Part shown: piece after piece, positions 1 through 12,220 of the stretch
How positions within the stretch are numbered: the stretch's first letter is position 1
How the letters are laid out: each line of letters opens with the position of its first letter
NCBI GenBank assembly: GCA_038087875.1
Contig: CM075993.1
Coordinates: 7,938,001 to 8,002,000, forward strand
Origin: Malacoraja senta
Lineage: Eukaryota
Direction: 5' to 3'
Length of the DNA: 64,000 bases
Notes under the pieces: generated by a model
Database searches by the model: none
What the model saw: the letters and a program-made list of their open reading frames with translations, nothing else
Told to the model about the DNA's origin: nothing
Translations under genes and position numbers: made by a program

Positions 1-11
1 AAAACCCCGTC

Positions 12-3000
12 AATTACAAGGTTAATTCCCGGGATGGCGGGACTGTCATATGCTGAGAGAATGGAGCAGCTGGGCTTGTACACTATGGAGTTTAGAAGGA
101 TGAGAGGGTATCTCATTGAAACATATAAGATTGTTAATCATGGGGGACTTCAATTTTCATATTAATTGGGCAAACCAAACTGGGCAGGGTAGACTAGAGG
201 AAGAGTTTATAGAATGTATTAGAGACGGGTTCCTAGAACAGTATGTCACAGAACCGACAAGGGGGGAGGCAATCTTGGATCTGGTCCTGTGTAATGAAGC
301 AGGATTAATTAAAAATGTCATAGTTAGGGACTCGTTGGGAACAAGTGACCACAATATGGTCGAATTCCATATTCAAATAGAAGGGGAGCAGGTTGAAACT
401 CAGGCTAGGGTACTTAGTCTAAATAAGGGGGATTATGAAGGTATGAGGACTGAGCTGATCAAAGTTGACTGGGATAGCAGACTCAAGAATAAGACGGTAC
501 ATGAGCAGTGGTGTACGTTTAAGGATCTACTGTATAACCTTCAAGAAAAATGTATTCCTATGAAGAAAAAAAGGGGTAAGGGAAAGAACAGTCAGCCATG
601 GCTCAGTAAAACTATAAAGGATAGTATTCGGCTGAAGGCAAGGGCATATAAGGTAGCTAGAGATAGTGGGAGGGTAGAGGATTGGGAAGCATTTAAAGGT
701 CAGCAAAAAATAACTAAGAGATTAATTAAGACGGGGAAAATAGACTATGAAAGGAATTTAGCGAACAACATAAAAACTAATAGTAAGAGTTTTTATAGCT
801 ATATAAAAAGAAAAAGGGTGGCTAAGGTGAACGTTGGTCCATTGGAGGGTGAGACTGGAGAGTTGTTGGTGGGGAACATGGAAATGGCAAAGGCATTAAA
901 CGAGTATTTTGTATCAGTCTTCACCATAGAAGACACAAAAAATATTCCAACGCTGGATAAACAGGGGGCGGTAGGAATGGAGGAGCTAAATACTATTAAG
1001 ATCACCAAGGAGGTGGTATTAGGGAAATTAATGAGACTGAAGGAGGATAAATATCCTGGGCCTGATGGATTACATCCAAGGGTCTTGAGGGAGATAGCGG
1101 TGGGGATTGTGGATGCATTGGTGATAATTTTCCAAAACTCCCTGGAGGCAGGAACGGTCCCAGTGGATTGGAAAATGGCCAATGTAACACCTATATTTAA
1201 AAAAGGAAGTAAACAGAAGGCGGGTAACTATAGACCGGTTAGTCTAACATCGGTGGTGGGTAAAATGTTAGAGACAATTATTAAAGAAACACTAACGGGG
1301 CACTTGGATAAACATGACTTCATCGGACAGAACCAGCATGGTTTTGTGAAGGGGAAGTCCTGTTTAACGAATCTGCTCGAATTCTTTGAGGAAGTAACAA
1401 CCCGGGTGGATAAAGGGGAACCGGTGGATGTGGTATACTTGGACTTCCAAAAGGCTTTTGACAAGGTGCCACATAAGAGACTATTGCTAAAAATAAAAAA
1501 TTATGGGATTGGGGGTAATATATTAGCATGGGTAGAGGATTGGCTAACAAATAGGAAGCAGAGAGTGGGGATAAATGGTTCATACTCGGGATGGCAACCG
1601 GTAACTAGCGGGGTTCCGCAAGGGTCGGTGCTGGGACCCCAGTTGTTCACAATTTATATAAATGATTTGGAGGAGGGAACCAAGTGTAATATATCAAAAT
1701 TTGCGGACGATACAAAAATGGGAGGAAAAGTAGGGGATGAGGAGGATAGGAAGAGTCTGCAAAAGGATATAGATAAGCTAGGTGAGTGGGCAACAACTTG
1801 GCAGATGAAATTTAATACTAATAAATGTGAAGTCATTCACTTTGGGAAAAAAAATGATAGGGCAAGTTATTTTCTAAATGAGGTGGAGCTGCGTTGTAAT
1901 GCAACGCAAAGGGATCTAGGGGTAGTAGTACATGAATCACTACAAGTTAGTATGCAGGTGCAGCAAGCAATCAGGAAGGCCAATGGAGTTGTGGCCTTTA
2001 TTGCTAGGGGGATTGAGTATAAAAACACGGAGGTCTTGCTGCAGCTGTACACAGTATTAGTGAGACCACATTTGGAATACTGTGTACAGTTCTGGGGTCC
2101 ATACTTAAGAAAGGATGTACTGGCCCTGGAGGCAGTGCAGCGAAGGTTTACAAGATTAATTCCTGCAATGAGGGGATTGACATATGAGGAAAGGTTAAGT
2201 AGGCTGGAACTCTACTCTTTGGAGTTTAGAAGAATGAGAGGCGATCTCATTGAAACATATAAGATCGTGAGGGGCCTTGATCGGGTGGATGCACCGAGGA
2301 TGTTCCCAATGATCGGGGAAACTAGAACTAGGGGACATAGTTGTAGAATAAGAGGGGGCTCTTTTAAAACTGAGATGAGGAAGAACTTCTTCACCCAGAG
2401 GGTGGTTAATTTATGGAATTCACTGCCCCAGGGAGCAGTGGAAGCAGAAACATTAAATATATTTAAGTCTAAAATAGATGGTTTTTTAGCTGCCAAGGGG
2501 ATAAGGGGCTACGGGGAGAGGGCAGGGATATGGACCTAGGTATGGTTAGTATAGTAAGACCTGAGTGATCTCCTGGACAAGTGTCGATCGCCTGGATTGG
2601 GGTCGGAGAGGAATTTCCCGGATTTTTTTCCCGAATTGGACCTGGGTTTTTATCCGTTTTTTGCCTCCCCCAGGAGATCACGCGGTTCTTGGGGTGGAGA
2701 GGGGTGATAGCGATATAAAGGGGAGGGTAGTGTCTTGTGTTCTGTGTCTTGTGTCTACTGTTTGTGGGTAAGGGTGTCTGTTTAGTGTTCAGCCATGAGC
2801 GAATGGCGGTGCGGGCTCGATGGGCCTGGTGGTCTACTCTCGCACCTACTTTCTATGTTTCTATGTTTCTATGTTAAGGGTTTGGACACGCTAGAGGCAG
2901 GAAACATATTCCCGATGTTGGGGGAGTCCAGAACCAGGGGCCACAGTTTAAGAATAAGGAGTAAGCCATTTAGAACGGAGACGAGAAAACACTTTTTCTC

Positions 3001-3234
3001 ACAGAGAGTGGTGAGTCTGTGGAATTCTCTGCCTCAGAGGGTGGTGGAGGCAGGTTCTCTGGATGCTTTCAAGAGAGAGCTAGATAGGACTCTTAAAAAT
3101 AGCGGTATGGGGATATGGGGAGAAAGCAGGAACGGGGTACTGATTGGGGATGATCAGCCATGATCACATTGAATGGTGGTGCTGGCTGGAAGGGCCGAAT
3201 GGCCTACTCCTGCACCTATTGTCTATTGTCTATT
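12..3234 (+). mobile_element. Older CR1 3' fragment split by the young CR1 insertion (pieces about 12-137 and 2872-3234)
   Basis: ETYKIVK|GLDTLEAG... reads continuously when the insert is removed; ends in a (CTATTGT)n tail. Confidence 0.88.
135..2874 (+). mobile_element. 5'-truncated copy of the same young CR1 family (ORF2 from GDFN to the stop at 2539, 3'UTR and tail)
   Basis: Nearly identical to 32835-35573, with 4 amino-acid differences seen; TGTTAA at both junctions (132-137, 2872-2877). Confidence 0.95.
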
Positions 3235-4940
3235 AAACATCCATTTACACAGGCATAGATTTGAGTGTTACTTCGATAATACAGTGGTAAATGAGGTATT
3301 GCCGTTAATTAATCACTCTGGTTATTTCAAAAACGCGTAAATCAAACAGGTGTAGAAGGTGAGATGCTGTTTAAAGACAGGAGATGCAAGAGTATCGAGA
3401 GTTTATCATGAACGGGATCAGGAGTAGTTCTGCATCAAGTCCGTGAATGTTGGCCTCAGCTCCACTTCCCGGCTGAACTCAACCGTTGATTCCCCTGTAG
3501 TCCAGAACTCCAGCAATCCCAATGTGCTTGACTGTAGTTAATGACCCAGGATCCAGTCATACAGATGCAGCCCCCATCAGCTACACCTGATTCCCAAGTC
3601 TTTAGTTCCATAACTTTATCCAGTCATTGTTTCTCTTGAGATAAAAGACACTTAGACAGGTACATGGAGAGGAAAGTTAAGAGGGATAAGGCACGAATGG
3701 GACTAGTTTAGATAGGGCATCTTGGTCGGATGGACGAGGTGGCCTGTTTCTGTGCTGTATGCTTGCCTGCATGTTTTATTTCAACCAAACATAATCTTTC
3801 CTTAGTTAGCCACAAAGAGTGAAACACAAAGTGCTCAACTTACTCAGTGGGTCAGGCAGCATCTATGGATGGGATGGATGGGTGAGGTTTCAGGTCTGGA
3901 CTCTTCTTCAAACTCCAGTGTGAAGAAGGGTCCCGACCTGAAACGTCGGCTGTCCATTCCCTCCAGAGATGCTGCCTGACCCTTCGAGTTATTCCAGCGC
4001 TTTGTGTTTTACTCAAGATTGCAGCATCTGCAGTTCCTTGTGGAGACATAGATCATTTTTACTGGGGCCCTTTCTATTCAATATGATGCATCTTGGTGGA
4101 GGATAAAACAAATATTTAAATAGCTACCACTGTAACATTTAATCTAATTCTCAGATTCACCTCACGGAGAGGTTGTGTAAGCTGGGTCTCTATTCCTTGC
4201 AGTGCAGGAGGATGAGGGGTGATCTTACAGAGGTGTATAAAATCATGAGAGGACTAGATTGTGAAGATGGGCAGTCTCTTGCCCAGAGTAGGGGAATCGA
4301 GAACCAGAGGACATAGGTTCAAGATGAAGGGGAAAAGATTTAATAGGAATCTGAGGGGTAACTTTTTCACACAAAGGGTGGTGGGTGTATGGAACAGGCT
4401 GCCAGATGAGGTAATTGAGGCTGGGACTATCCCAACATTTAAGAAACAGCTAGACAGGTACATGGATAGGACAGGTTTGGATGGATATGGGCCAAATGCA
4501 GGCAGGTGGGACTAGTGTAGCTGGGACATGCTGGCCGGTGTGGGCAAGTTGGGCCGAAGGGCCTGTTGACTCTAGTTCTATGACTTTAGCCAACTATTCC
4601 TTTCGTACCCAAGGAGCTGCCTTTGTTCAAGTTTAAGACCTAAATTAAAGCAGCGAGGGGAACAGCAAGATGCAGAAAAGCACAGAGGCAAAAGAGAATT
4701 GAGACATTACACATTAATTCACACAGTAACAGCAAGAGAAGAGAAAACCAAACTAGAGAGTTAGAGATTAGTAAAGGGGGAGACAACACAACCCCCCCTG
4801 GACAAAGATACACAGTCAGAGCCTTCTCCCTCCCAGGGTGGAACTGTCAACGATTAGCTTCAAGGTGAGAGGGGCAAAGTTTAAAGGAGTTGTGTGCGGC
4901 AAGTTTTTTTTTAATGGAGTCTATAAAGTTTTAATGCAGT

Positions 4941-5260
4941 TTAGTTTAGTTTAGAGATACAGTGCGGATACAGGCCCTTCGGCCCATCGGGTCCGCGCCG
5001 ACCAGCGACCCCCCCTCACTAACACTATCCTACACCCACTAGGGACAAGTTCTACATTTACCAAGCCAATTAACCTACAAACCTGTACGTCTTTGGAGTG
5101 TGGGAGTAAACCGAAGATCTCGGAGAAAACCCACGCCGGTTACGGGGAGGAGGTACAAACTCCGTACAGGCAGCACCCGTGGTCGGGATCGAACCCGGGT
5201 CTCCGGCGCTGCATTCGCTGCAAGGCAGCAACTCCACCGCTGCGCCACCGTGACCACCCA
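4941..5260 (-). mobile_element. HE1-like tRNA-derived V-SINE (representative of about 18 copies, e.g. 6612-6855+, 8930-9245-, 20760-21030-, 27140-27410-, 35940-36200-, 41953-42245-, 42580-42900-, 44115-44420-, 55230-55515-, 56660-56905+, 62290-62545-)
   Basis: tRNA head with A box TGGCGCAGCGG and B box GGTTCGATCC, V-domain-like core, and CR1-type 3' tail ending (CTAAA)n. Confidence 0.85.
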
Positions 5261-5759
5261 TTGCTTTAATGGAGTAATGGACTGGAGTCTGAATGGTGGG
5301 GGCCGGGAATGCACTGCCAAGGGTGGTGGGGGTGGAGGCAGATACGAAGGGGGCATTTTAGATACTAGAGGCTTTTAGATAGGCGCATGGATATTCAGGG
5401 AAAGGAGGAATGTGGATCACATGCGTACACAGGAGATTAGTTTACCCTGACATCACGTTGGGCAAATACATTGTGGGCTCAAGGGTTTGTTCCTGTCAAT
5501 AGACAATAGGTGCAGGAGTAGGCCATTTGGCCCTTTGTGCCAGCACTGCCATTCAATGTGATCATGGCTGATCATCCTCAATCAGTACCCCGTTCCTGCC
5601 TTCTCCCCATATCCCCTGACTCCGCTATTTTTAAGAGCCCTATCTAGCTCTCTGAGGCAGAGAATTCCATTGTCCTGTTATGTTCTATGTATAGGAATGT
5701 GTAGGAAGGAACTGCAGATGCTGGTTTAAACCGAAGATAGACACATAAAGGTGGAGTTA

Positions 5760-6047
5760 AGGCCCTGTCCCACTTTCCCGAGTTACTCACGAATCTTCCC
5801 GGGTTTTCCCCTTGATTCAAACTCGGAGAATGTCCGTAGGAGCCCGTAGATATTTCGTAGCGGCTCGTAATGCCAGCCGTAGGTACTCGGGGCATCAGGT
5901 AAGTCGGGACGTTTTTTTCAGCATGTTGAAAAATGTCCACGAGTAAAATAAATAGCCCCGAGTACCTACGGCTGCCATCTCCGAGTTTGAATCAAGGGGG
6001 AAACTCGGGAGAATTCATGAGTAACTCGGGAAAGTGGGACAGGGCCT
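5760..6047. mobile_element. PIF/Harbinger-type MITE inserted into a Penelope-derived repeat
   Basis: Long TIR AGGCCCTGTCCCACTTTCCCGAGTTACTC; TWA flanks (TTA/TAA). Confidence 0.8.
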
Positions 6048-6320
6048 TAACTCAGCGGGACAGGCAGCATCTCTGAAGAGAAGGAACGGGTGGCGTTTCG
6101 GGTCGAGACCCGAAACGCCACCCGTTCCTTCTCTCCAGAGATGCTGCCTGTCCCGCTGAGTTACTCCCGCTTTTTGAGTCCATCATCTGCTACGTTCCAT
6201 GTTCTACGGTGAAATCAATAAAAGATGAAGCAGTAACAACACAGGGTGACGCTGGTGAGAGAAAGGATGCAGATACTTCTCGATAGAATGAAGTATCTTA
6301 ACCATGTAAGTCATAATTAC

Positions 6321-6403
6321 CTGCACAGTGACAATGACTGGATGTGGTGGGACCATGGGGCTGGTCACAGTGGCAAATCCTACACTGGGTACCTTTATCA
6401 AGG
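6321..6403 (-). CDS. MAN2C1: MAN2C1 exon (about exon 17): ALIKVPSVGFATVTSPMVPPHPVIVTVQ; the gene continues beyond the left window edge
   Basis: cag|...|gtaatt, 83 nt; similar to human ALVTVPSMGYAPV...PVFVVQ. Confidence 0.9.
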
Positions 6404-7489
6404 CTGCAAATGACATAGAATGAAACGGCAGTATCACAAAACTTGCTCTCTGCTCCCTTATGCTGTAACGTGCTCGAGTATCCATCAAAATAAAGTGCTC
6501 AACAGATGTGAAAAAACCCATAATTCTGCGTCCCGCAAGCAGATCAATCAACTTGGAACTGGTGCACGCGGATAATTTCAGCTGAACTCTGAGGAATCGC
6601 TTTCTGGGAGGCAGAGAAGTTGCTGCCTTACAGCGCCAGAGATCCTGACTATGGTTGCTGTCTGGACGGAGTTTGCACGTTCTCCCTGGGTAGGTTTCCT
6701 CCCACATTCCAGACGTTTGGTTTTGTAGGTTAATCGGCTGCTGTAGATTGTCCCTAGTGTGTAGGATAGAACTAGTGTACGAGTAATTGTTGGTCCGCAC
6801 GGACTCGGCGGGCCGAAGGGCCTGCTTCCACGCTGTATCTCTACACTAAACTAAAGAAGGGAATACTGTCTTGAACAGAGGCTGGAATGTGAAAAGGAGG
6901 CAGTGTGGATAAGACAAAATGTTTGTGGACACTGAACGCAAGGGTATATTAGTATTTGGATATATTCCAGAGCCAAGCCCAGAGGAGCGATCAATTCAGC
7001 AGAGAGAGAGAGGTCAGAGGAAAGCAGTCAATGTGTGGGTAGGTTTGAGAGCTGGAATCTGTTGCCTTAGCACTGATGAGCAGGCACAATGCCAATGGGG
7101 TGAAAGTGGAAAATCAATCCTGGGAAAATGAAGTGCCCTCCAACCTGACTCTCCCAATGGAAAAGTCAGTCCAGTCCACATGGGAAGCACAGCACTCTGC
7201 CAGTCAGGTGGATCGGGACGAGAGAGAGACATAATTAACCGCAGGATCGGGCGGGCCTCCAGTGAGTTTAACATGACTGAAGGAATCATCGCACAATGAG
7301 CCAGATATCCACCCATCATTATTTCTGAACAATCAGACTGTAGATTATCAGATCAGATGTGCAGGAAGCAACTGCAGATGCTGGTCTAAACCAAAGATAG
7401 ACACAAAAAGCTGGAGTAACTCAGCGGGACAGGCAGCATCTCTGGAGAGAAGGAATGGGTGACTTTTCGGGTCAGAACCCTTCTTCAGT

Positions 7490-7517
7490 CTGAAGAAGGG
7501 TCTCGACCCGAAACGTC
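7490..7517 (+). ncRNA. Minimal hammerhead motif, right arm of a palindromic Penelope-derived repeat (about 7360-7575)
   Basis: CTGAAGAAGGGTCTCGACCCGAAACGTC, with a second degenerate copy on the minus strand at about 7461-7488. Confidence 0.75.
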
Positions 7518-8055
7518 ACCCATTCCATTTCTCCAGAGATGCTGCCTGTCCCGCTGAGTTACTCCAGCTATCTGTGGATTATCAGAGTTTTACTGTATTC
7601 TGAACTATTGCCATTTAGATTGATTGAGTTGTTGATAGATGCAGCATGGATTTGTTGTACGGTGAAGCTGGTCATGTCAGAACACCCCTACGAGATGGGG
7701 TTCCAGTCAAATGGAGCCCCTGCTGCAAAGACTTGGTCTCCTTCAGTGACTTGATCAGATATTAAACAAACATGAAATAGGATCACCCAAATCTTAATCT
7801 GGCCTTCAAAGGACACAAAGTGCTGTAGTAACTCAGTGGGTCAGGCAGCATCTCTGGAGATACATGGAAGAACAGTCTCGACCCAAAACGTCATCGATCC
7901 ATCTTCTCCACAGAAGCTGCGTGACCCGCTGAGTTACTTCAGAACTTTGTGTCCATCTTAGGTATAAAACCACATCTGCAGTTCCTTTTTATTACATTTT
8001 GACTGCTCCAATGCAAAATGTCTTCAGGGTATGTCTACTTTGAAACAGTTACTCC

Positions 8056-8463
8056 CAAAGATCCTATAGCGGAGCAAGATAGACCACTCCTTCTAAATGC
8101 AATGGGCTGACGTGTAGTACGCAACGGAGCGGAACGTGGGCCTTTTTTCCATCCATTTCAGTAACCCGACCCGACCCGACTCGCAGTGTAATCAACGTTG
8201 CGGGGGAACAGTTTGTGTTAATAAATTATAATTCTGAAAATGAGGTGAAGATTTTTATCAAATAACTTTTTATTTTTACGAGGATGTTTCCGTAACCGGC
8301 TTCCGTCTCCGCACTAGTATCTTTGCTCCACTATGACAGGATCTTTGGTGCGGAGACGGAAGCCGGTTACGGAAATGGGGCCGAAAATTACCCATGAATC
8401 TGCCCATGACCGTACTACGTCTTTTTCGTCGAGTGATCGATCTTGCTCGCTATAGGATCTTTG
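8056..8463. mobile_element. Non-autonomous DNA transposon with 8-bp TSD (P-element-like or hAT-like)
   Basis: Roughly 33-bp TIR CAAAGATCCTATAGCG(G)AGCAAGAT..; perfect TSD GTTACTCC (8048-8055 / 8464-8471). Confidence 0.85.
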
Positions 8464-8600
8464 GTTACTCCAGTATTTTGTGTCCTATTGTGTATTGGCC
8501 AGCATTCGTAGTTCTTTGTTTCTATACTCTAAAGGACAATTACTGCACATGTGTAGATGAAGCTGAGGTGGATATCTTTAAGGCATCCACTGGTACATAC

Positions 8601-8762
8601 CTAGAACCTCCTCGCCCTCCAACCGTGGCATTGAGATGACCTCCGTCCGCTCCCACGGCAGGGTGTTGAGCACGTTGACGTTTCTCCCCGTCTCTTGCAC
8701 GCATCCACCCAGGAGACACTGAATGGCCTCTTTAAGAAGTTTGTCTCCATTGCTCTGAATTT
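8601..8762 (-). CDS. MAN2C1: MAN2C1 exon: EIQSNGDKLLKEAIQCLLGG...VLNTLPWERTEVISMPRLEGEEVL
   Basis: tag|...|gtatgt, 162 nt; NTLPWxR motif. Confidence 0.93.
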   Translation of the reverse strand, partial: KFRAMETNFLKRPFSVSWVDACKRRGETSTCSTPCRGSGRRSSQCHGWRARRF

Positions 8763-11741
8763 CTACAAACAATGAACAAAGTCAAGAAGAAAATAAAGTG
8801 TCAGATCAAGGAAAGGAGAATTCTCATTCAGTGAATGCAGGTCAGGTGCTGGGCACAAACGGAAACCGATTAGACAAGAGTCCCCTCCACTCTGCTGATT
8901 CATGGCCTCACTAAAGCAGTGCCCTCAGCTTAGTTTGGTTTAGAAATACAGCATGGGAACAGGCCCTTCGGCCCAGCAGGTCCATGCAAACCATCAATCA
9001 CACGTTCACACGAGTTCCATGTTATCCCACTCTCTCATCCACCAGCTACACATATTTACAGAAGCCAATTAACCTACAAACCCGCACATCTTTGGGATGT
9101 GGGAGGAAACCGGAGCACCCGGAGGGAACCCAAGGGGTCATCGGGAGAACGTGCAAACTCCACACGGACAGCGACCGAGGTCAGGATCCAACCCGAGTCT
9201 CTGGCGCTGTGAGGTAGCGGCTTTACCAGCTGCGCCACCGTGCTGCCCCTAAATCCTTGCCGACAAAATCCCCAAGAAGGGAAATTAAACTTCACGCACA
9301 GACTGCTTGAAGTGAGAGATTAACAATCAATCAACAACCACAGCTTGAGCTCAAATGTGAAAAAAACTATTTTAATTATCAAACCCTTCTCTTAGTTCAG
9401 CGTCAAGTTTCATTCAATAAAGTATCCGTGAAAATGTCCTCCTAAATTCTATATAAATGAAAGTTAGTACCCTTCATATTATTTGACATATGTGGTCAAC
9501 ACCCCTTGATTTTTGTGCTCTGATTCAGCCCCTCTCCATTTTGGTGCAGGTTGACTTCTTAAAGAAATGCATTTTTAAATTATACTAAACCAAGTGGTCC
9601 CGTCCCCTCAACGAGCGGTTGCGGGAGGGGGGGCGGCCTGCGGCTTCATACACACACTAACCACCCCCCCCCCCCCCACACACACACAATAACCACCCCC
9701 CTTGATATATTAATATTATTCATTGGCTCCTTTCATGCCATCCCCGCCCCATCCACTGACGCATAGCCCCCAACTCGCTGGCGCGTCTAGAAAGGGAGGG
9801 GGGGGGTAGAGGGAGAGAGCACAGAGAGGGAGGGGCAGAGTCAGAGAGAGAGAGGGGCAGAGACAAAGAGAGAGGGGCAGTTCTTCCGTTTCAGTACATA
9901 AGACAATGAAACACGCTTGACTCTCTTATGTAGGATCAAGACACGTGGTTCTAAAACACTTGACTGCCAATGAAGTAGTTATGAGATGCAGCCAGTGTGG
10001 TGACTGCTGACCTTGTCCACTGAGCTCCCAAAAGTAGAAAAACAAGGCAACGAAGAAAGGTCCTGACCCCAAACATTAACTATCCATTTTCTCCAGAGAT
10101 GCTGTAGAAATAAAGAACTGCGGATGCTGATTTATACCAAAGATAGACACAAAGTGCTGGAGTAACTCAGCGGGTCGGGCAGCATCTCTCAGTCTGGAGA
10201 AGGATCCCGAACTGAAATGTCACCCACCCTTTTTCTCCAGAGATGCTGCCTGACCTGCTGAGTTATTCCAGCATTTTGTGTCTATCTTCTCCAGAGATGC
10301 TGCCTGACCTGCTGAGTTATTCCAGCATTTTGTGTCCATCTTTGATATAAACCAGCATCTGCAGTTCCTCTTTATTACATTTTGACTGCTCCACTGCAAA
10401 GTTTCTTCAGGGTATGTCGACTTTGAAGAAATTCCCTCCTCTCTCTGACGGGAGTTCAGCGGGCCCCTCCCTCACTGCTCCCCCTCCGTGATTCCTGCTA
10501 TTATTCAGATCCAACTATCTACCAGGCAACCTCCTCGCCTGAAGTCATTTGTAGTCAACCATCATTTGTCCTGCCTCTTTTCGCTTCCAGTTTTCTCCCC
10601 TAATCACTCTGAAGAAGGGGGTCCTGATCTGAAATGTCACCTATCAATTTTCTCCGCAGATGCTGCCTGACCCACGGAGTTACTCCAGCATCTTTGGTAT
10701 AAACCAGCAACTGCAGTTCTTTTTCACTGTAAATGGATTGGTTGTAATCATGTGCAAGAAGGCACTGCAGATGCTGGTTAAAACCAAAGATAGATGCCAA
10801 AAGCTGGAGTAACTTAGCGGGATAGGCAGCATCTCTGGAGAGAAGGAATGGGTGACGTTTCAGGTCAGACAGATTGTAATCATCTATTGTCTTTCTGCTG
10901 ACTGGCTAGCACGCAACAACAAGTTTTTCTCGGTACATGTGGCAATAAACTAAACGGAACTTTCTATTTGATCGGATAACCTGCTTGGATATCGCTTGGG
11001 GGAATGAATATTCATCAGGATTCTAGAGGTAATTCCCATGTTGTCCTGCAAAATAGCTCTGTCGGACCTTTGATGCCAAGCTCAGAGGGCAGACAAAATG
11101 CAAGTCAAGACTCAGACGTCTCCAAAGACATCAACAGTGAACCCGAGCAACTATTTGAGAAGACAGCTCCACAATCAGTATTTGATTTTTTTTGCTCAAA
11201 TGAGATTTGAACTCACCACCTTCAGAGTCAGAGGCAGAACGCCTGTTAAATAATGCAGACATGATTAGCATCCGTTCATGGATAATCTGCAATCTCCCCA
11301 CTGTAAGACTTAAGCCATTATATTCAGCTACGCCGCAGGCTCTTGCTTGAAATCCCACCTCAGCCACTGTGTCAAGGTGTCCCGACATTTTCACCATCTC
11401 TGTATCTCACTCCATACGAAATCTTCACCCATATAAAGTGCAATATTAAACCAGAGACACACAAGGAACTGAAGATGCTAGAATCGTTACCAAAACACAA
11501 AGTGCTCGAGGAGGTCAGCGGGTCAGGCGACAACTGGAATGACCAGGCAACGCTTTGGGTCGAGACCCTTCTTAAGACTGATTGTAGTAGGAGGAAGAAC
11601 GCTGGAAAAGTGGTGAGGGCAAGACAAAATATGTAATAAGGAACTGCAGACGCTTGTTTAAATTGAAGATAGACACAAAATGAGTGCTATTCATGTGTGT
11701 ATATATTTATATAATGATATATGGACACACTGATCTGTTTT

Positions 11742-12220
11742 AGAAACATAGAAACATAGAAAATAGGTGCAGGAGTAGGCCATTCGGCCCTTCGAGCCTG
11801 CACCGCCATTCAATATGATCATGGTTGATCATCCAACTCAGTATCCCGTACCTGCCTTCTCTCCTTACCCCCTGATCCCTTTAGCCACAAGGGCCACATC
11901 TAACTCCCTCTTAAATATAGCCAATGAACTGGCCTCAACTACCTTCTGCAGCAGAGAGTTCCAGAGATTCACCACTCTCTGTGTGAAAACAGTTTTTCTC
12001 ATCTCGGTCCTAAAGGATTTCCCCTCTATCCTTAAGCTGTGACCCCTTGTCCTGGACTTCCCCAACATCGGGAACAATCTTCCTGCATCTAACCTGTCCA
12101 ACCCCTTGAGAATTTTGTAAGTTTCTATAAGATCCCCCCTCAATCTCCTAAATTCTAGCGAGTACAAGCCGAGTCTATCCAGTACAAGCCGAGTCTATCC
12201 AGTACAAGCCGAGTCTATCC
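11742..12220 (-). mobile_element. CR1 3' fragment (representative; others at about 4165-4580+, 14475-14915-, 15117-15435-, 21925-22290-, 25955-26460+, 36350-36670-, 40200-40385-, 60545-60990+)
   Basis: YSLEFRRLRGDLIETYKI...FTQRVVNLWNSL followed by the CR1 3'UTR and short-repeat tail. Confidence 0.9.

Noticed and set aside
116..137. Start of the 807-aa ORF (MKHIRLL) as a genuine protein N-terminus
   Set aside because: It comes from the host CR1 read out of frame across the insertion junction. The element is 5'-truncated and lacks most of the endonuclease.
157..2496. Multiple short minus-strand ORFs, duplicated at 32856-35195
   Set aside because: Antisense shadows of CR1 ORF2, with no recognisable protein motifs.
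4610..4700. Possible MAN2C1 micro-exon behind a strong polypyrimidine tract (minus strand)
   Set aside because: The candidate is 31 nt (frameshifting) and does not resemble the next expected MAN2C1 exon; unsupported without RNA data.
5170..5260. tRNA genes
   Set aside because: The A/B-box sequences are SINE heads followed by a V domain and LINE tail, not complete cloverleaf tRNAs.
9583..9890. Possible Helitron/Helentron-like fragment with C-rich and GA-rich tracts
   Set aside because: Termini and a second copy could not be established.
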